NCBI RefSeq assembly: GCF_016712865.1
Contig: NZ_JADJQH010000004.1
Length of the DNA: 64,000 nucleotides
Direction: 5' to 3' (one strand)
Origin: Dokdonella sp.
Lineage (GTDB): Bacteria > Pseudomonadota > Gammaproteobacteria > Xanthomonadales > Rhodanobacteraceae
The notes under the pieces are model-generated. The model was not told the origin of the DNA and did not search any database. It saw nothing but the letters and a program-made list of their open reading frames with translations. Positions 44,660 through 54,398 of this stretch are shown here, one piece after another. Position 1 is the stretch's first letter; every line of letters begins with the position of its first letter. Both the position numbers and the translations under genes were made by a program.

Positions 44660-44769
44660 CGAAGGTCTTGCCCGCAAGTTCCGCAGAATTCGGAACCTGC
44701 CTGCCGGACCGGGGCCGGCGGGGCGGCCCGTGTTGACGATCACGGCAACGGGAGAGCTACTCCCCTTCG
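44660..44769 (-). ncRNA. yybP-ykoY (manganese) riboswitch
   Basis: Minus strand CGAAGGGGAGUAGCUCUCCC...GUCAACAC...GGGCAAGACCUUCG. It has the conserved GGGGAGUAG 5' element and GCAAGACC 3' element with P1 pairing CGAAGG/CCUUCG, upstream of a TerC gene as in known examples. Confidence 0.75.
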
Positions 44770-44831
44770 TGCACGCACTTTACCAGCCTGTCGAACTTAT
44801 GGAAATCGGCTGCGAATGCGAGGGGCTGGAC

Positions 44832-44957
44832 CTCTCCCGCCAGCGGGAGAGGTCGCGCCGAAGGCGCGGGTGAGGGTGGGGCTGTGGTTTGCTCGAAGCC
44901 TGGCGCTTGCGTGTTGCACCACCCTCACCCCAACCCTCTCCCGCCAGCGGGAGAGGG
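44832..44957. repeat. Family D repeats (ctctcccgccagcgggagagg palindromes with gggtgagggtgggg arms)
   Basis: ctctcccgccagcgggagagg at 44832 and 44937. gggtgagggtgggg (44868) is inverted as caccctcacccc (44919). Confidence 0.75.
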
Positions 44958-45005
44958 AGACCTTCCCGAATCCCCAATCCCGGCTCCACGACTTATCATT
45001 CAAGG

Positions 45006-46190
45006 ATGAACAAGCACCCCCCCGGCGCACTGCCCGTCGTCCAGCTCAAGATTGAACGGCGCTCCAACCATCCCTGGATTTTCCAGAAGATGGTGGAGCG
45101 CCCCGAACCGAAGCCGAAACCCGGCAGCATCGTTGAAATCGTCGACCGCAACGGTGAATTTGCCGGTCGCGGCTTCTACAACGGTCATTCGCGGATCAGC
45201 CTGCGCGTACTCAGCAGCGATATCGATGAAGCCATCGACGATGCTTTTTTTGCGCGCAAAATCAGTGCGGCGGTGAGCCTGCGCAAGGATGTGCTCAAGC
45301 TCGATGCGGTCACCGACGCCTATCGGCTGGTGCATTCGGAAGGCGATGGACTTTCCGGCCTGGTGGTTGACCGCTTTGCCGACACCCTGGTCATCGAGTT
45401 CTTCTCGGCCGGGGCTTTCCGCCAGCGCGAGCTGATCCGCAACTGCCTGCTCGAGCATTATCCGGGCAGCGCCATCTACGCATACGCCGAGGAACATGTG
45501 CAGAAGCAGGAGAGCTTCGACTGCGCCACGCCGGCACGGCCCAAGCCCACCGTCATCCACGAACACGGCGTCAGGTTCCACGCCGCACCGGGCAGCAAGC
45601 ACAAGACCGGCTTCTTTGTCGATCAACGCGACAATCGCCTCACCCTCGCCGGATTCTGCGAAGGCAAACGCGTGCTCGACCTGTGCTGCAACTCCGGTGG
45701 ATTCGGCATCGCCGCAAAGACAATCGGTGCGGCCAGTGCCGTGGTTGGCGTCGATCTCGACGAGGAAATCCTCGCCATTGCCGAACAGAATGCACACCTC
45801 AACAAGGCCAAGGTCCGCTTTGTCCAGGCCGACATCTTTCACTGGCTGCGTGACTATTCGGGCAATCGCGCCGAGAAATTCGACGTGGTGATTCTCGATC
45901 CGGCCAAGATGACGCGTGACCGCGAGCAGGTGATCCCTGCGCTCAAGAAGTACCTGGACATGAACAAGCTGGCGATGGGCGCGGTGAAGCCCGGCGGCAT
46001 CCTGTTGACCTGTTCATGCACGGGCCTGGTGAGCGAGGCGGAGTTTCTCGACATGCTGCGGCGTGCGGCCTTCTATGCAGGGCGCAGCGTGCAGGTCCTC
46101 AAGGTGAGCGGTGCCGGCGCGGACCATCCCTGGCTCGCGCATGTGCCGGAGAGTCGCTACCTGAAGGCCGTGTTCTGTCGGGTCGAGTGA
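45006..46190 (+). CDS. rlmI: Class I SAM-dependent rRNA methyltransferase (RlmI-like, PUA + MTase)
   Basis: ATG 45006 after [14 protein letters not shown]..., [38 protein letters not shown]. Confidence 0.75.
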   Translation: MNKHPPGALPVVQLKIERRSNHPWIFQKMVERPEPKPKPGSIVEIVDRNGEFAGRGFYNGHSRISLRVLSSDIDEAIDDAFFARKISAAVSLRKDVLKLDAVTDAYRLVHSEGDGLSGLVVDRFADTLVIEFFSAGAFRQRELIRNCLLEHYPGSAIYAYAEEHVQKQESFDCATPARPKPTVIHEHGVRFHAAPGSKHKTGFFVDQRDNRLTLAGFCEGKRVLDLCCNSGGFGIAAKTIGAASAVVGVDLDEEILAIAEQNAHLNKAKVRFVQADIFHWLRDYSGNRAEKFDVVILDPAKMTRDREQVIPALKKYLDMNKLAMGAVKPGGILLTCSCTGLVSEAEFLDMLRRAAFYAGRSVQVLKVSGAGADHPWLAHVPESRYLKAVFCRVE

Positions 46191-46254
46191 ATCGGTCGAG
46201 CCGGTGGCTGCGACTGCTAAACTGTGCAGCCGTCCATTCGCGTGTACGTCGAAC

Positions 46255-46875
46255 ATGACTACCCAGCGCAAGCCATCCAGCCGCAACACGAAGGCACCCG
46301 CCGTCAGCCGCAGCCAGGCCGAAGACGCCGTGCGCGTGTTGTTGCGCTGGGCCGGCGAAGACCCTGCCCGCGAGGGTTTGCTGGATACGCCCAAGCGTGT
46401 GGTGGAGGCCTATTCCGACTGGTTTTCCGGTTACGCGATCGATCCGGCCGACTACCTCAGCCGAACCTTCGAGGAAGTGGCCGGCTACGACGAGATGATC
46501 GTGTTGCGCGACATCGAGTTCGAGTCGTACTGCGAGCATCACATGGCGCCGATCATTGGCCGAGCCCACATCGGCTACCTGCCCACCGACAAGGTGGTCG
46601 GCATCAGCAAGCTGGCGCGCGTGGTGGATGCGTATTCGCGGCGTTTCCAGGTGCAGGAAAAACTCACCGCACAAATTGCCCATTGCATCGAGAACGTGCT
46701 CAAGCCTCGTGGCGTGGGCGTGGTCATCGATGCCGTTCACCAATGCATGACCACGCGCGGCGTGCACAAGCGCGGGGTTTCCATGATCACCAGCCAGATG
46801 CTTGGGGAGTTCCGCGAGGATGCGCGAACGCGCAGCGAATTCCTGCGCTTCATCAACATCCACGCCAATGCGTGA
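46255..46875 (+). CDS. folE: GTP cyclohydrolase I
   Basis: [52 protein letters not shown]. Confidence 0.92.
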   Translation: MTTQRKPSSRNTKAPAVSRSQAEDAVRVLLRWAGEDPAREGLLDTPKRVVEAYSDWFSGYAIDPADYLSRTFEEVAGYDEMIVLRDIEFESYCEHHMAPIIGRAHIGYLPTDKVVGISKLARVVDAYSRRFQVQEKLTAQIAHCIENVLKPRGVGVVIDAVHQCMTTRGVHKRGVSMITSQMLGEFREDARTRSEFLRFINIHANA

Positions 46876-46896
46876 CCCGGTTCGCGCCGAGTACCC

Positions 46897-48213
46897 ATGA
46901 GCAACGCAGCAAGCCACACGCCGGTGCGTCGCGCGGCCGTCATCTTCGTGTTCGTCACGGTGATGCTCGACATGCTGGCATTCGGCATCATCATTCCGGT
47001 GTTTCCGCACCTGGTTCAGCAGATGACGGGTGGCGACATTGCCAATGCCGTGCGCTGGACCGGCATCATGGGTGCCGTGTTCGGCCTGATGCAGTTTGTC
47101 TTCTCGCCCGTACAGGGCGCGCTTTCCGACCGCTTCGGCCGCCGCCCGGTGATCCTCGCCTCAAACCTGTCGCTGGGCCTTGATTTCATCCTCATGGCGC
47201 TGGCCCAGGTGTTGCCGGTGCTGTTCATCGGCCGCATGATTTCGGGAATCGCCAGCGCCAGCATCTCGACCGCGAATGCCTACATCGCGGATGTCACCCC
47301 GCACGACAAGCGCGCCGCCGCCTATGGCCTGCTCGGTGCCGCCTTTGGCATCGGTTTCATCATTGGACCGGCGCTGGGTGGATTCCTTGGCGGCATTTCC
47401 ATCCGCGCGCCGTTTTGGGTAGCCGCAGGGCTTGCACTGGCCAATTTTCTCTACGGGTTTTTCGTGCTGCCGGAATCACTGCCTGTGGAAAGACGCAGTC
47501 GGGTGTTTTCGCTGCGCGACGCGAATCCACTCGGCGCCCTGCGCCTGCTTCGACGCTATCCGCAGGTGTTTGCACTGGCCACGGTATTTTTCCTGGTGGC
47601 GCTGGCGCAGTTTTCGCTGAACTCGACCTTCGTGCTCTACACCGATTACCGATTCCAGTGGGGCGCGCACGAAGTCGGTTATGCATTGGCCCTGGTCGGC
47701 GTGTGCAGCGCGCTGGTGCAGGCGGTGCTGGTGCGCCGCGTGGTGCCGGTTTTTGGTGAGCGGCGCGTGATGCTGGCGGCACTGCTTTTCGGCATGGGTG
47801 GATTCCTGACCCTGGGCTTTGCCACCAACCAGTGGCTGTTCCTGCTCGGCATTCCGCTGCTCGCCATGGCCGGACTCGGCGGGCCGACCACGCAATCCAT
47901 CATCACCCGCCAGGTGGATCCGGGTGAGCAGGGCCGCTTGCAAGGCGCCATCACCAGCCTGGGCAGCGTGGCGACCATCATCGGCCCGTTCGTGTTCAGC
48001 CAGACCTTTGCTTGGTTCATCGGGAGCCGCGCACCCCTGCATCTGCCGGGTGCGGCATTCGTGCTCTCGGCCTGTCTGTTGTTCCTTGGTTTCATCCTCG
48101 GCTGGCAAGCCACCAAGGGACTGGCCATGCCCGGCTCCACACGTTCGCCGACGGACGCCGCGCCTGCCAGCCGCGCCATGACGCCACTGGGTGATGCCGA
48201 ACCTGGCGCCTGA
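46897..48213 (+). CDS. MFS transporter (TetA-like drug/H+ antiporter family)
   Basis: 12 hydrophobic segments. [14 protein letters not shown] (MFS motif A). Confidence 0.85.
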   Translation: MSNAASHTPVRRAAVIFVFVTVMLDMLAFGIIIPVFPHLVQQMTGGDIANAVRWTGIMGAVFGLMQFVFSPVQGALSDRFGRRPVILASNLSLGLDFILMALAQVLPVLFIGRMISGIASASISTANAYIADVTPHDKRAAAYGLLGAAFGIGFIIGPALGGFLGGISIRAPFWVAAGLALANFLYGFFVLPESLPVERRSRVFSLRDANPLGALRLLRRYPQVFALATVFFLVALAQFSLNSTFVLYTDYRFQWGAHEVGYALALVGVCSALVQAVLVRRVVPVFGERRVMLAALLFGMGGFLTLGFATNQWLFLLGIPLLAMAGLGGPTTQSIITRQVDPGEQGRLQGAITSLGSVATIIGPFVFSQTFAWFIGSRAPLHLPGAAFVLSACLLFLGFILGWQATKGLAMPGSTRSPTDAAPASRAMTPLGDAEPGA

Positions 48214-48467
48214 TTAGCCCGGACAATTCATGAGGTCGTGCAAAATGGCATTGCAAGCCGGGCAACGCCAGCAATACGACCGATATGGGCGCAACGAAAA
48301 ACTGTTTGCGGCCATTTTGCACTGGCATGGCCCTCGCGGGTCTTTTGCGGCAATCGCCGCGTTGCTTGTCGCCCCAATGGAACCACCATTGCGGCTCCGC
48401 GCGTCTAGCGCTTGCCGCAAAATCCTCCGCGATCATCCATACCCCCCACGAAAAATCCGGGCTAGCC

Positions 48468-49064
48468 ATGGACAAACCCTTTTCCGCCGCCTGCGAACGC
48501 AATCGGGATCCCATTCTCGACATATTGCGCGAGGTCTTTCGCGACCGTCGCCGCGTGCTGGAGATCGGTAGCGGCACGGGCCAGCACGCTGTGCATTTCG
48601 CGGCTGCGCTTCCCCACCTGAGCTGGCAAGCAAGTGAGCGCGCGCAGAGTATTGCCGGCTTGAACTACTGGCTGGACGATGCCGCACTGCCCAATACGCC
48701 GCAGCCTCTGGTGCTGGATGTGGGTGCCGAGCCCTGGCCGGTTTGCGGGACTTTCGATGCAGCCTTCACGGCCAACACCCTGCACATCATGAGCTGGGCA
48801 GAGGTGGTGACCCTGTTTGCGCGCCTGCCCGCGGTCCTCGATGCCGACGCCCTGTTCATGGTTTACGGGCCCTTCAACATCGACGGCGAGTTCACCTCCC
48901 AAAGCAATGCCGCGTTCGACGCCAGCCTGCGCCAACGCGACCCGCTGATGGGTATACGCGATCTGGCCGAAGTCGATGCGCTGGCACGTGCCCAAGGCAT
49001 GCAACTCATCGCCCACCATGCCATGCCGGCCAACAATCGTTGCGTGGTCTGGCGGCTGGGCTGA
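48468..49064 (+). CDS. DUF938 family class I methyltransferase-like protein
   Basis: ATG 48468. ERNRDPILDILREVF, VLEIGSGTGQHAVHF, ANTLHIMSW, YGPFNIDGEFTSQSN. Confidence 0.8.
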   Translation: MDKPFSAACERNRDPILDILREVFRDRRRVLEIGSGTGQHAVHFAAALPHLSWQASERAQSIAGLNYWLDDAALPNTPQPLVLDVGAEPWPVCGTFDAAFTANTLHIMSWAEVVTLFARLPAVLDADALFMVYGPFNIDGEFTSQSNAAFDASLRQRDPLMGIRDLAEVDALARAQGMQLIAHHAMPANNRCVVWRLG

Positions 49065-49127
49065 GCTACGCGTCGGTTCCGCGGCTGCGCCGCTTGAACC
49101 GACCTACATGGCTTTTTCGCCATCCCC

Positions 49128-49267
49128 CGTCGGGCTGAAGCCCGAGCTACATCCGCTCGAACCACGACTGCACGGATTGGTGTGCTTGCGCCGTTTCGTG
49201 GTGGCGGGCGGAGGGGGGGGGGGGGGGGGGGGCCGCGCTTTGTCGATGGTCGAGTTTCAACCCGACG
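49128..49267. repeat. Family C palindromic repeat (cgtcgggctgaagcccg... type) interrupted by G20
   Basis: cgtcgggctgaagcccgagctaca...gcttgcgccgtttc parallels 53661-53730. The inverted end ggtcgagtttcaacccgacg is at 49248-49267. Confidence 0.75.
49213..49232. repeat. Homopolymer G20
   Basis: Directly read, preceded by G-rich gtggtggcgggcggag. Confidence 0.95.
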
Positions 49268-49281
49268 CCTTGGCCTGGAAG

Positions 49282-49698
49282 TCAGAGGTTGTGCATCGCG
49301 CAGCGAATGATCATGGCCGCCAGCACCAGGCTGGACAGCAGGTAGGCGACGAAGCGCCAGATCACGATGTTTGCCGTGCACTGGATCAGGCTGTGCAGCG
49401 CACGCAAGCCGACATAGGCCCAGGCCAGTTGGACATACAGCGCGTCGACCTGATTGCCCACCATCAGCAACAGGCACAATGCATAGAACAACACCGGCAT
49501 CTCGAACAGGTTGACGAGGTTGTTCGACGGGCGATTGACCGCCTCCGGCAGCAGGCTGCGCTTGTCGGGCGTGCTGAGGGCCTGTGCGGGAATGCGCAGC
49601 GCGCGCATGGCGCCGATGCGACGCACGTACATGACCAGCCAGACCAGCAGGGTCAAGACCATCAGGGCGAGTACCGGTTGCACAAGGGTGTTCGACAT
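49282..49698 (-). CDS. MAPEG family membrane protein
   Basis: 138 aa, four hydrophobic segments. NNLVNLFEMPVLFY and YVGLRALHSLI patterns. Confidence 0.7.
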   Translation of the reverse strand: MSNTLVQPVLALMVLTLLVWLVMYVRRIGAMRALRIPAQALSTPDKRSLLPEAVNRPSNNLVNLFEMPVLFYALCLLLMVGNQVDALYVQLAWAYVGLRALHSLIQCTANIVIWRFVAYLLSSLVLAAMIIRCAMHNL

Positions 49699-49739
49699 CA
49701 GCGGCTTCCTTCTGGCGTGGGGAGAACGAACATCTCATT

Positions 49740-50078
49740 TCAATGCTGGGTTCTGGTCAGTTCGACACCATCCACGGTCATCCGCCACGTGCCGTCCTTC
49801 TCGTGTGGCGTGGCACTGACCTTGAATGTGGTCGCCATGGAGCCGATGCCGACTTCGAAATCATCGCCCTTGAAGGCCTTGAGCGGACCGTTGATCTTGG
49901 TCGTTGCGCCGCCGCGGATGCGCTCGTAGACGATGCTGCCATCGGCAAGGATCAGCAGCGACATGCCCGGCGCCTTCCATTCACCCACATAGGCGGCCTT
50001 CTCCGGCGGAACCGGAATGGCGCAGGCGGCCAGCAGCAGGATCGGCACGAGCATCAACGCGCGGAATCTGTGCAGCAT
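49740..50078 (-). CDS. Small lipoprotein of unknown function
   Basis: GGGGAG SD. MLHRFRALMLVPILLLAAC lipobox. Confidence 0.65.
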   Translation of the reverse strand: MLHRFRALMLVPILLLAACAIPVPPEKAAYVGEWKAPGMSLLILADGSIVYERIRGGATTKINGPLKAFKGDDFEVGIGSMATTFKVSATPHEKDGTWRMTVDGVELTRTQH

Positions 50079-50175
50079 GACAAGTCTCCCCTTCGAGCCC
50101 TGGTGAATCACAAGCCTGTTCCAGCGCGAGGCGAAATTCAAGCGCGCCGCAGTGGACATGCCGCACAATGTGCGC

Positions 50176-50640
50176 ATGCTCAATGTCGTCCTGTTTCGTC
50201 CCGAGATCCCGCCGAATACCGGCAACGTGATTCGACTGTGCGCCAATACCGGCGCACGCCTGCATCTGGTGGGTCCACTGGGGTTTGCGCTGGACGACAC
50301 GCGCCTGCGCCGTGCGGGGCTCGATTATCACGAGTACGCAAACCTGAGCGTGCATGAAGATCTCGACGCGTTTATCGACGCCGTGAAACCCGCGCGCCTG
50401 TATGCGCTTTCCACGCGCGGCAGGCAGCGCTACGACCAGGTCGCGTTCAATGCAGACGACGCAGTGATGTTCGGTTCGGAAACCTCGGGTTTGCCGGCCG
50501 AGGTGCTGGAGTCGCTGCCGCCGGAGCAGCGCCTGCGCCTGCCGATGCGTCCGCACAACCGCAGCCTCAACCTCTCCAATGCAGTGGCGGTGGTGGTGTT
50601 CGAAGCGTGGCGTCAGCAGGGTTTTGCTGGCGGCAGTTGA
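50176..50640 (+). CDS. trmL: tRNA (cytidine/uridine(34)-2'-O)-methyltransferase TrmL
   Basis: MLNVVLFRPEIPPNTGNVIRLCANTGARLHLV...RLRRAGLDYHEY...NLSNAVAVVVFEAWRQ closely parallels enterobacterial TrmL/YibK. Confidence 0.9.
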   Translation: MLNVVLFRPEIPPNTGNVIRLCANTGARLHLVGPLGFALDDTRLRRAGLDYHEYANLSVHEDLDAFIDAVKPARLYALSTRGRQRYDQVAFNADDAVMFGSETSGLPAEVLESLPPEQRLRLPMRPHNRSLNLSNAVAVVVFEAWRQQGFAGGS

Positions 50641-50643
50641 AGC

Positions 50644-51645
50644 TTATTCCGGATACTCGGGTTTCTGTTCGCGCGCAAGCAGGGAGCTCAAGCCCTGTGC
50701 CGGCGTCATTTCCTCGTGCAACACGTATTGCACGTGTTCGGCGATGGGCAGTTCGATGCCGACGCGCTTGGCCAGGCGCATCACTTCATCCACGGTGACG
50801 ATGCTTTCCACGACCTGGCCAATCTCGGCCAATGCCTCGCGCAAGCCCACGCCGCGACCCAGAGCCATGCCGAGGCGACGGTTGCGGGAAAGATCACCCG
50901 TGCAGGTCAGCACAAGGTCGCCAAGTCCGGCCAGGCCCATCAGGGTTTCCGCCTTGGCCCCGAGTGCCGCGCCGAGGCGCAACATTTCATTCATGCCGCG
51001 GGTGATCAGGCCAGCTCGCGCATTGAGGCCAAGCTGCATGCCGTCCGCAACGCCGGTAGCCACGGCCAGCACGTTTTTCATCGCGCCACCCAGTTCGGCA
51101 CCGAGAATGTCGTTGCCGGTGTAGGCGCGAAACGTGGGCGCGTGCAGCAGGCGCGCCACGGTCGTGGCGAAGTCGTCATCGGCCGAATGCACGGTCAGCG
51201 CAGTCGGCATGCCGAGTGCGACTTCGCGCGCGAATGACGGACCGGTGACCACGGCGGCCGGATGCGTGGGCAGGTGCTGGTGCACCAGTTCGTGCAGGAA
51301 GCGGCCGGAGCCGGGATCAAACCCCTTGGTGGCCCAGGCAATGCCCGCATCCGCGCGCACCCAGGGCGTAATCGTCTCCAGGGTGTCGCGGAAGGCGTGA
51401 CTGGGAACGGCAATGAGCACGATGCCGGCATCACGCACGCAGGTTTCCAGTACACCGGAGACCGCGAGCGCATCCGGAAAACGCATTTCCGGCAGATAGC
51501 GCAGGTTGGCGCGCGCCGTGGCCATGTTCACCACGGACTGCGCCGAGTGACCCCACAGCGTGGTGGTCACCCCGTTGCGCGCCAGCAGCACGGCAAGCGC
51601 CGTGCCCCAGGAGCCGGCGCCGAGTACTGCGACCGGCGGCTTCAT
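50644..51645 (-). CDS. gpsA: NAD(P)H-dependent glycerol-3-phosphate dehydrogenase
   Basis: [24 protein letters not shown]-like [26 protein letters not shown]. Confidence 0.92.
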   Translation of the reverse strand: MKPPVAVLGAGSWGTALAVLLARNGVTTTLWGHSAQSVVNMATARANLRYLPEMRFPDALAVSGVLETCVRDAGIVLIAVPSHAFRDTLETITPWVRADAGIAWATKGFDPGSGRFLHELVHQHLPTHPAAVVTGPSFAREVALGMPTALTVHSADDDFATTVARLLHAPTFRAYTGNDILGAELGGAMKNVLAVATGVADGMQLGLNARAGLITRGMNEMLRLGAALGAKAETLMGLAGLGDLVLTCTGDLSRNRRLGMALGRGVGLREALAEIGQVVESIVTVDEVMRLAKRVGIELPIAEHVQYVLHEEMTPAQGLSSLLAREQKPEYPE

Positions 51646-51647
51646 TC

Positions 51648-52151
51648 TCAGGAGTTGAGGGCCTGGCCTTCAGCCGACGCTTCGGCGCGACGGCGTTGCT
51701 GCTCGGCGTAGATCGCATCGAAATTGATCGGCTGCAGGAACAGCGGCGGGAAGCCGCCACCCTGGACCAGGTCGGAAACGATCTGGCGCACGTAGGGGAA
51801 CAGCACGTTCGGGCAGTAGGTGCCGAGCACGCCATCACGCGAGACGTCATCGAAATTGGTGATGCCGAAGATGCCGGCCTGGTGCACTTCGGCCAGGTAG
51901 GCGGTGTTGTCCTCGATCTTGCAGGTGACCGTCACGCTGAGCACCACTTCGTACACATCCGTGCCGAGGGTGTTGACGCGCTGGCTCAGGTTGAGCTCGA
52001 CGCCTGGCTGGCCCTGCAACTGGAACACCTTGGGCGAGTTGGGGACTTCGAAGGAAACGTCCTTGGTGTAGACCTTCTGCAGGTTGAGCTGGGCTTGATT
52101 GGCGACTGCGGCGGGGTTGGCCGCGCCGTTGGCGGGTGAGTTCTCTGCCAT
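51648..52151 (-). CDS. secB: Protein-export chaperone SecB
   Basis: ATG 52151. [51 protein letters not shown]. Confidence 0.92.
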   Translation of the reverse strand: MAENSPANGAANPAAVANQAQLNLQKVYTKDVSFEVPNSPKVFQLQGQPGVELNLSQRVNTLGTDVYEVVLSVTVTCKIEDNTAYLAEVHQAGIFGITNFDDVSRDGVLGTYCPNVLFPYVRQIVSDLVQGGGFPPLFLQPINFDAIYAEQQRRRAEASAEGQALNS

Positions 52152-52266
52152 GGTGTTGCTGCTCCGGAAAGCGTGGAAAAAAGGGGTGGAATTATCCCAT
52201 GCCGGGCTGGCCGACGCACGCCGCAAGGCTCGCTGCAGCTGCCCGCGGCGGGGTTCTAGACGAAAA

Positions 52267-52716
52267 TCAGCCCGCGCCGCGGCCCTTTGCCACGGGCAAT
52301 TGCGCTTCGCGCCAGGCACGCAAGCCACCGTCCAGGGTGTAGACGGCACTGAATCCGGCCTTCTTGAGTCGCTTGGCCGCGCCCGAGGATGCCTGCCCAT
52401 TCTTGCAGTAGACGGCAACCGGCAGCGCCTTGGCTTTGGCCAGATCCTTGCTCTCCGGATCGAACTGGCTCATGCCCACGTGCCGCGCGCCCGGGATATG
52501 GCCCTGGTCGTAGTCCTGGATGCTGGAAACATCGATCAGCAGCGCATTGTCGCGATTGATCAACTGGGTCAGGCCTGCTGGGGTCAGGGCCTTGAAGCCG
52601 CGCGTCAGGCGACCAACTTCGCTGGCGATGATCGCGGCGAGCACACCGATGAAGCCGAAGGAGAGGAAAGGATGATTGCCGATGAACTCGGGCAGGCGCT
52701 GGATGAATTCGGACAC
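52267..52716 (-). CDS. Rhodanese-like domain membrane-anchored protein (YibN-like)
   Basis: GTG 52716. One TM, then LLIDVSSIQDYDQGHIPGARHV...VAVYCKNGQASSGAAKRLKKAGF. Confidence 0.8.
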   Translation of the reverse strand: MSEFIQRLPEFIGNHPFLSFGFIGVLAAIIASEVGRLTRGFKALTPAGLTQLINRDNALLIDVSSIQDYDQGHIPGARHVGMSQFDPESKDLAKAKALPVAVYCKNGQASSGAAKRLKKAGFSAVYTLDGGLRAWREAQLPVAKGRGAG

Positions 52717-52890
52717 GGTGGGATCAAACCTGATGCGGCGCACAGCTTGCGCGCCGGTTGAAGTGGGCGCCGATTGTCGATTAGCAAGGGTCGGCATGCA
52801 AATGCGCATCTTGCGAATGCACTGCCGCGGGCCCGGCCGGGCAATGGCAGAATGCGGCTTCCGGCCGCTTCGGTCCTCCTCATCGCGCAG

Positions 52891-53628
52891 ATGCCAATGA
52901 CGCAATCCAGCCGCCGCGCCCTGGTGACCGGCGCCAGCGGGGCCATCGGCACCGCCATTGCCCTGGCCCTGGCCGATGCCGGTCACGAGCTGATCGTGCA
53001 TGCGCATGGCCACAGCGAGCGCGCCGAAGCAGTGGCGTCGCGGATTCGCGACAGCGGCGGCCAGGCGCGCGCGATCGTCTTCGACGTGGCCGATGCGGCC
53101 GCCAGTCGGCAGGCGGTCGAGACCCTGATCGCGGAACAACCGATCCAGATCATCGTCAACAACGCGGGCATCCACGATGACGCGCCCATGGCCGGCATGA
53201 GCGAAGCGCAGTGGCGGCGGGTGATCGATGTTTCCCTGCACGGCTTCTTCAATGTGACCCAGCCGGCCTTGCTGGCGATGGCGCGCACGCGCTTCGGGCG
53301 CATCGTCAGTGTTTCCTCGGTGGCCGCCGTGCTCGGCAATCGCGGGCAGACCAATTACGCGGCGGCCAAGGCCGGCCTGCACGGCGCCTCGAAATCGCTC
53401 GCCCGCGAAATGGCCTCGCGCGGGATTGCCGTGAATGTGGTGGCGCCCGGTTTGATCGAGACGCCCATGCTTGGCGAGAGTTTCGATGCGGCGACGATCA
53501 AGGCACTGGTGCCGGCCGGCCGTGTCGGCAAGCCCGAGGAGGTCGCCGCGCTGGTGGCGTTCCTGTGCAGCGATGCCGCCGGCTACATCAACGGCCAGGT
53601 GATCGGCATCAACGGCGGCATGGGATAA
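52891..53628 (+). CDS. 3-oxoacyl-ACP reductase (FabG-like, APE cluster ketoreductase type)
   Basis: TGASGAIGTAIA, NNAG, S...YAAAKAG, INGQVIGINGGM. Confidence 0.88.
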   Translation: MPMTQSSRRALVTGASGAIGTAIALALADAGHELIVHAHGHSERAEAVASRIRDSGGQARAIVFDVADAAASRQAVETLIAEQPIQIIVNNAGIHDDAPMAGMSEAQWRRVIDVSLHGFFNVTQPALLAMARTRFGRIVSVSSVAAVLGNRGQTNYAAAKAGLHGASKSLAREMASRGIAVNVVAPGLIETPMLGESFDAATIKALVPAGRVGKPEEVAALVAFLCSDAAGYINGQVIGINGGMG

Positions 53629-53660
53629 CGCAGCAGCGGCGACCTTGCGCACTCGCAACG

Positions 53661-53757
53661 CGTCGGGTTGAAACCCGGCCTACACAGGCTCGAACCGCGA
53701 TTGCTCAAGTTGGCATGCTTGCGCCGTTTCAGCGTTGTTATTGGTCCGAAAACGGCG
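53661..53757. repeat. Family C palindromic repeat, copy 2
   Basis: cgtcgggttgaaacccggcctaca...gcttgcgccgtttc + hairpin gccgtttc...gaaaacggc. Confidence 0.7.
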
Positions 53758-53814
53758 AGTATCGGGGCCGGGTTCAAGGCAAGCTGGCGTCTTCCGATTC
53801 CACCGGTGAACTGC

Positions 53815-54285
53815 ATGCACAACTTTGTTTTCCGTGCTCTGTCCGACACGGACTTTGCTGCGCTGTTTGAGCTTGACGACAACCAACTGGCCGCGCGTGG
53901 CATCGAGCGCGTGCGTGCCGATGCCAAGCCGGGCTTTCCCTGCCGGGTGAGCCTGTGCGACGCTGAAATCGGCGACGAATTGCTGCTGCTGCCGTTTGAA
54001 CACCAGCCCGAAGCCTCGCCGTACCGGGCCAGCGGACCCATATTCGTCAGTCGCGGTGCGAAGCAAGGCCTGTTTGCGGCAGGCGAGATCCCCGCCAGCG
54101 TCTCCTCACGCATGATCTCGCTGCGTGCCTACGACTCCAGGCACCGCATCGTGCACGCGGACGTGTGCGACGGCGCGCGCATCGGTGCCGGTATCGAGGT
54201 GGCGTTCTCCAATTCCGCCGTCGCCTACCTGCACCTGCACAATGCGAAGCGCGGCTGTTTTGCCTGTCGCGTGGATCGTGCGTGA
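53815..54285 (+). CDS. DUF1203 family protein
   Basis: ATG 53815. GFPCRVSLCDAEIGDELLLLPFEH...ASPYRASGPIFV...ISLRAYD pattern. Confidence 0.7.
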   Translation: MHNFVFRALSDTDFAALFELDDNQLAARGIERVRADAKPGFPCRVSLCDAEIGDELLLLPFEHQPEASPYRASGPIFVSRGAKQGLFAAGEIPASVSSRMISLRAYDSRHRIVHADVCDGARIGAGIEVAFSNSAVAYLHLHNAKRGCFACRVDRA

Positions 54286-54398
54286 GTGCTTCGGGCTTTC
54301 CCCGGATTGCGGCGCATTGCGCCTGCATCCGGGCTACCTGGGGCGTGGCGCAAGACGCGTAGCGGCCGCAAGACGGCTCGCAGCATCCGCGAACCGTT

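Noticed and set aside
44889-45005. A 39-codon N-terminal extension of the RlmI-like ORF (PSPQPSPASGRGRPS...).
   Set aside because: The extension is the translation of family D repeats (ctctcccgccagcgggagagg). ATG 45006 has an AAGGA SD, and the homology-like sequence starts there.
51648-52716. The rhodanese-secB-gpsA arrangement lacks the glutaredoxin gene found between them in enterobacteria.
   Set aside because: The 115-nt gap shows no ORF remnant. Gene order differences of this kind are common between orders, so I treat it as ordinary.
52717-53658. The upstream 314 codons of the 463-aa ORF that ends as the rhodanese protein.
   Set aside because: This part is antisense to the well-supported FabG-like gene. 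The rhodanese-like sequence with its TM anchor begins at GTG 52716.
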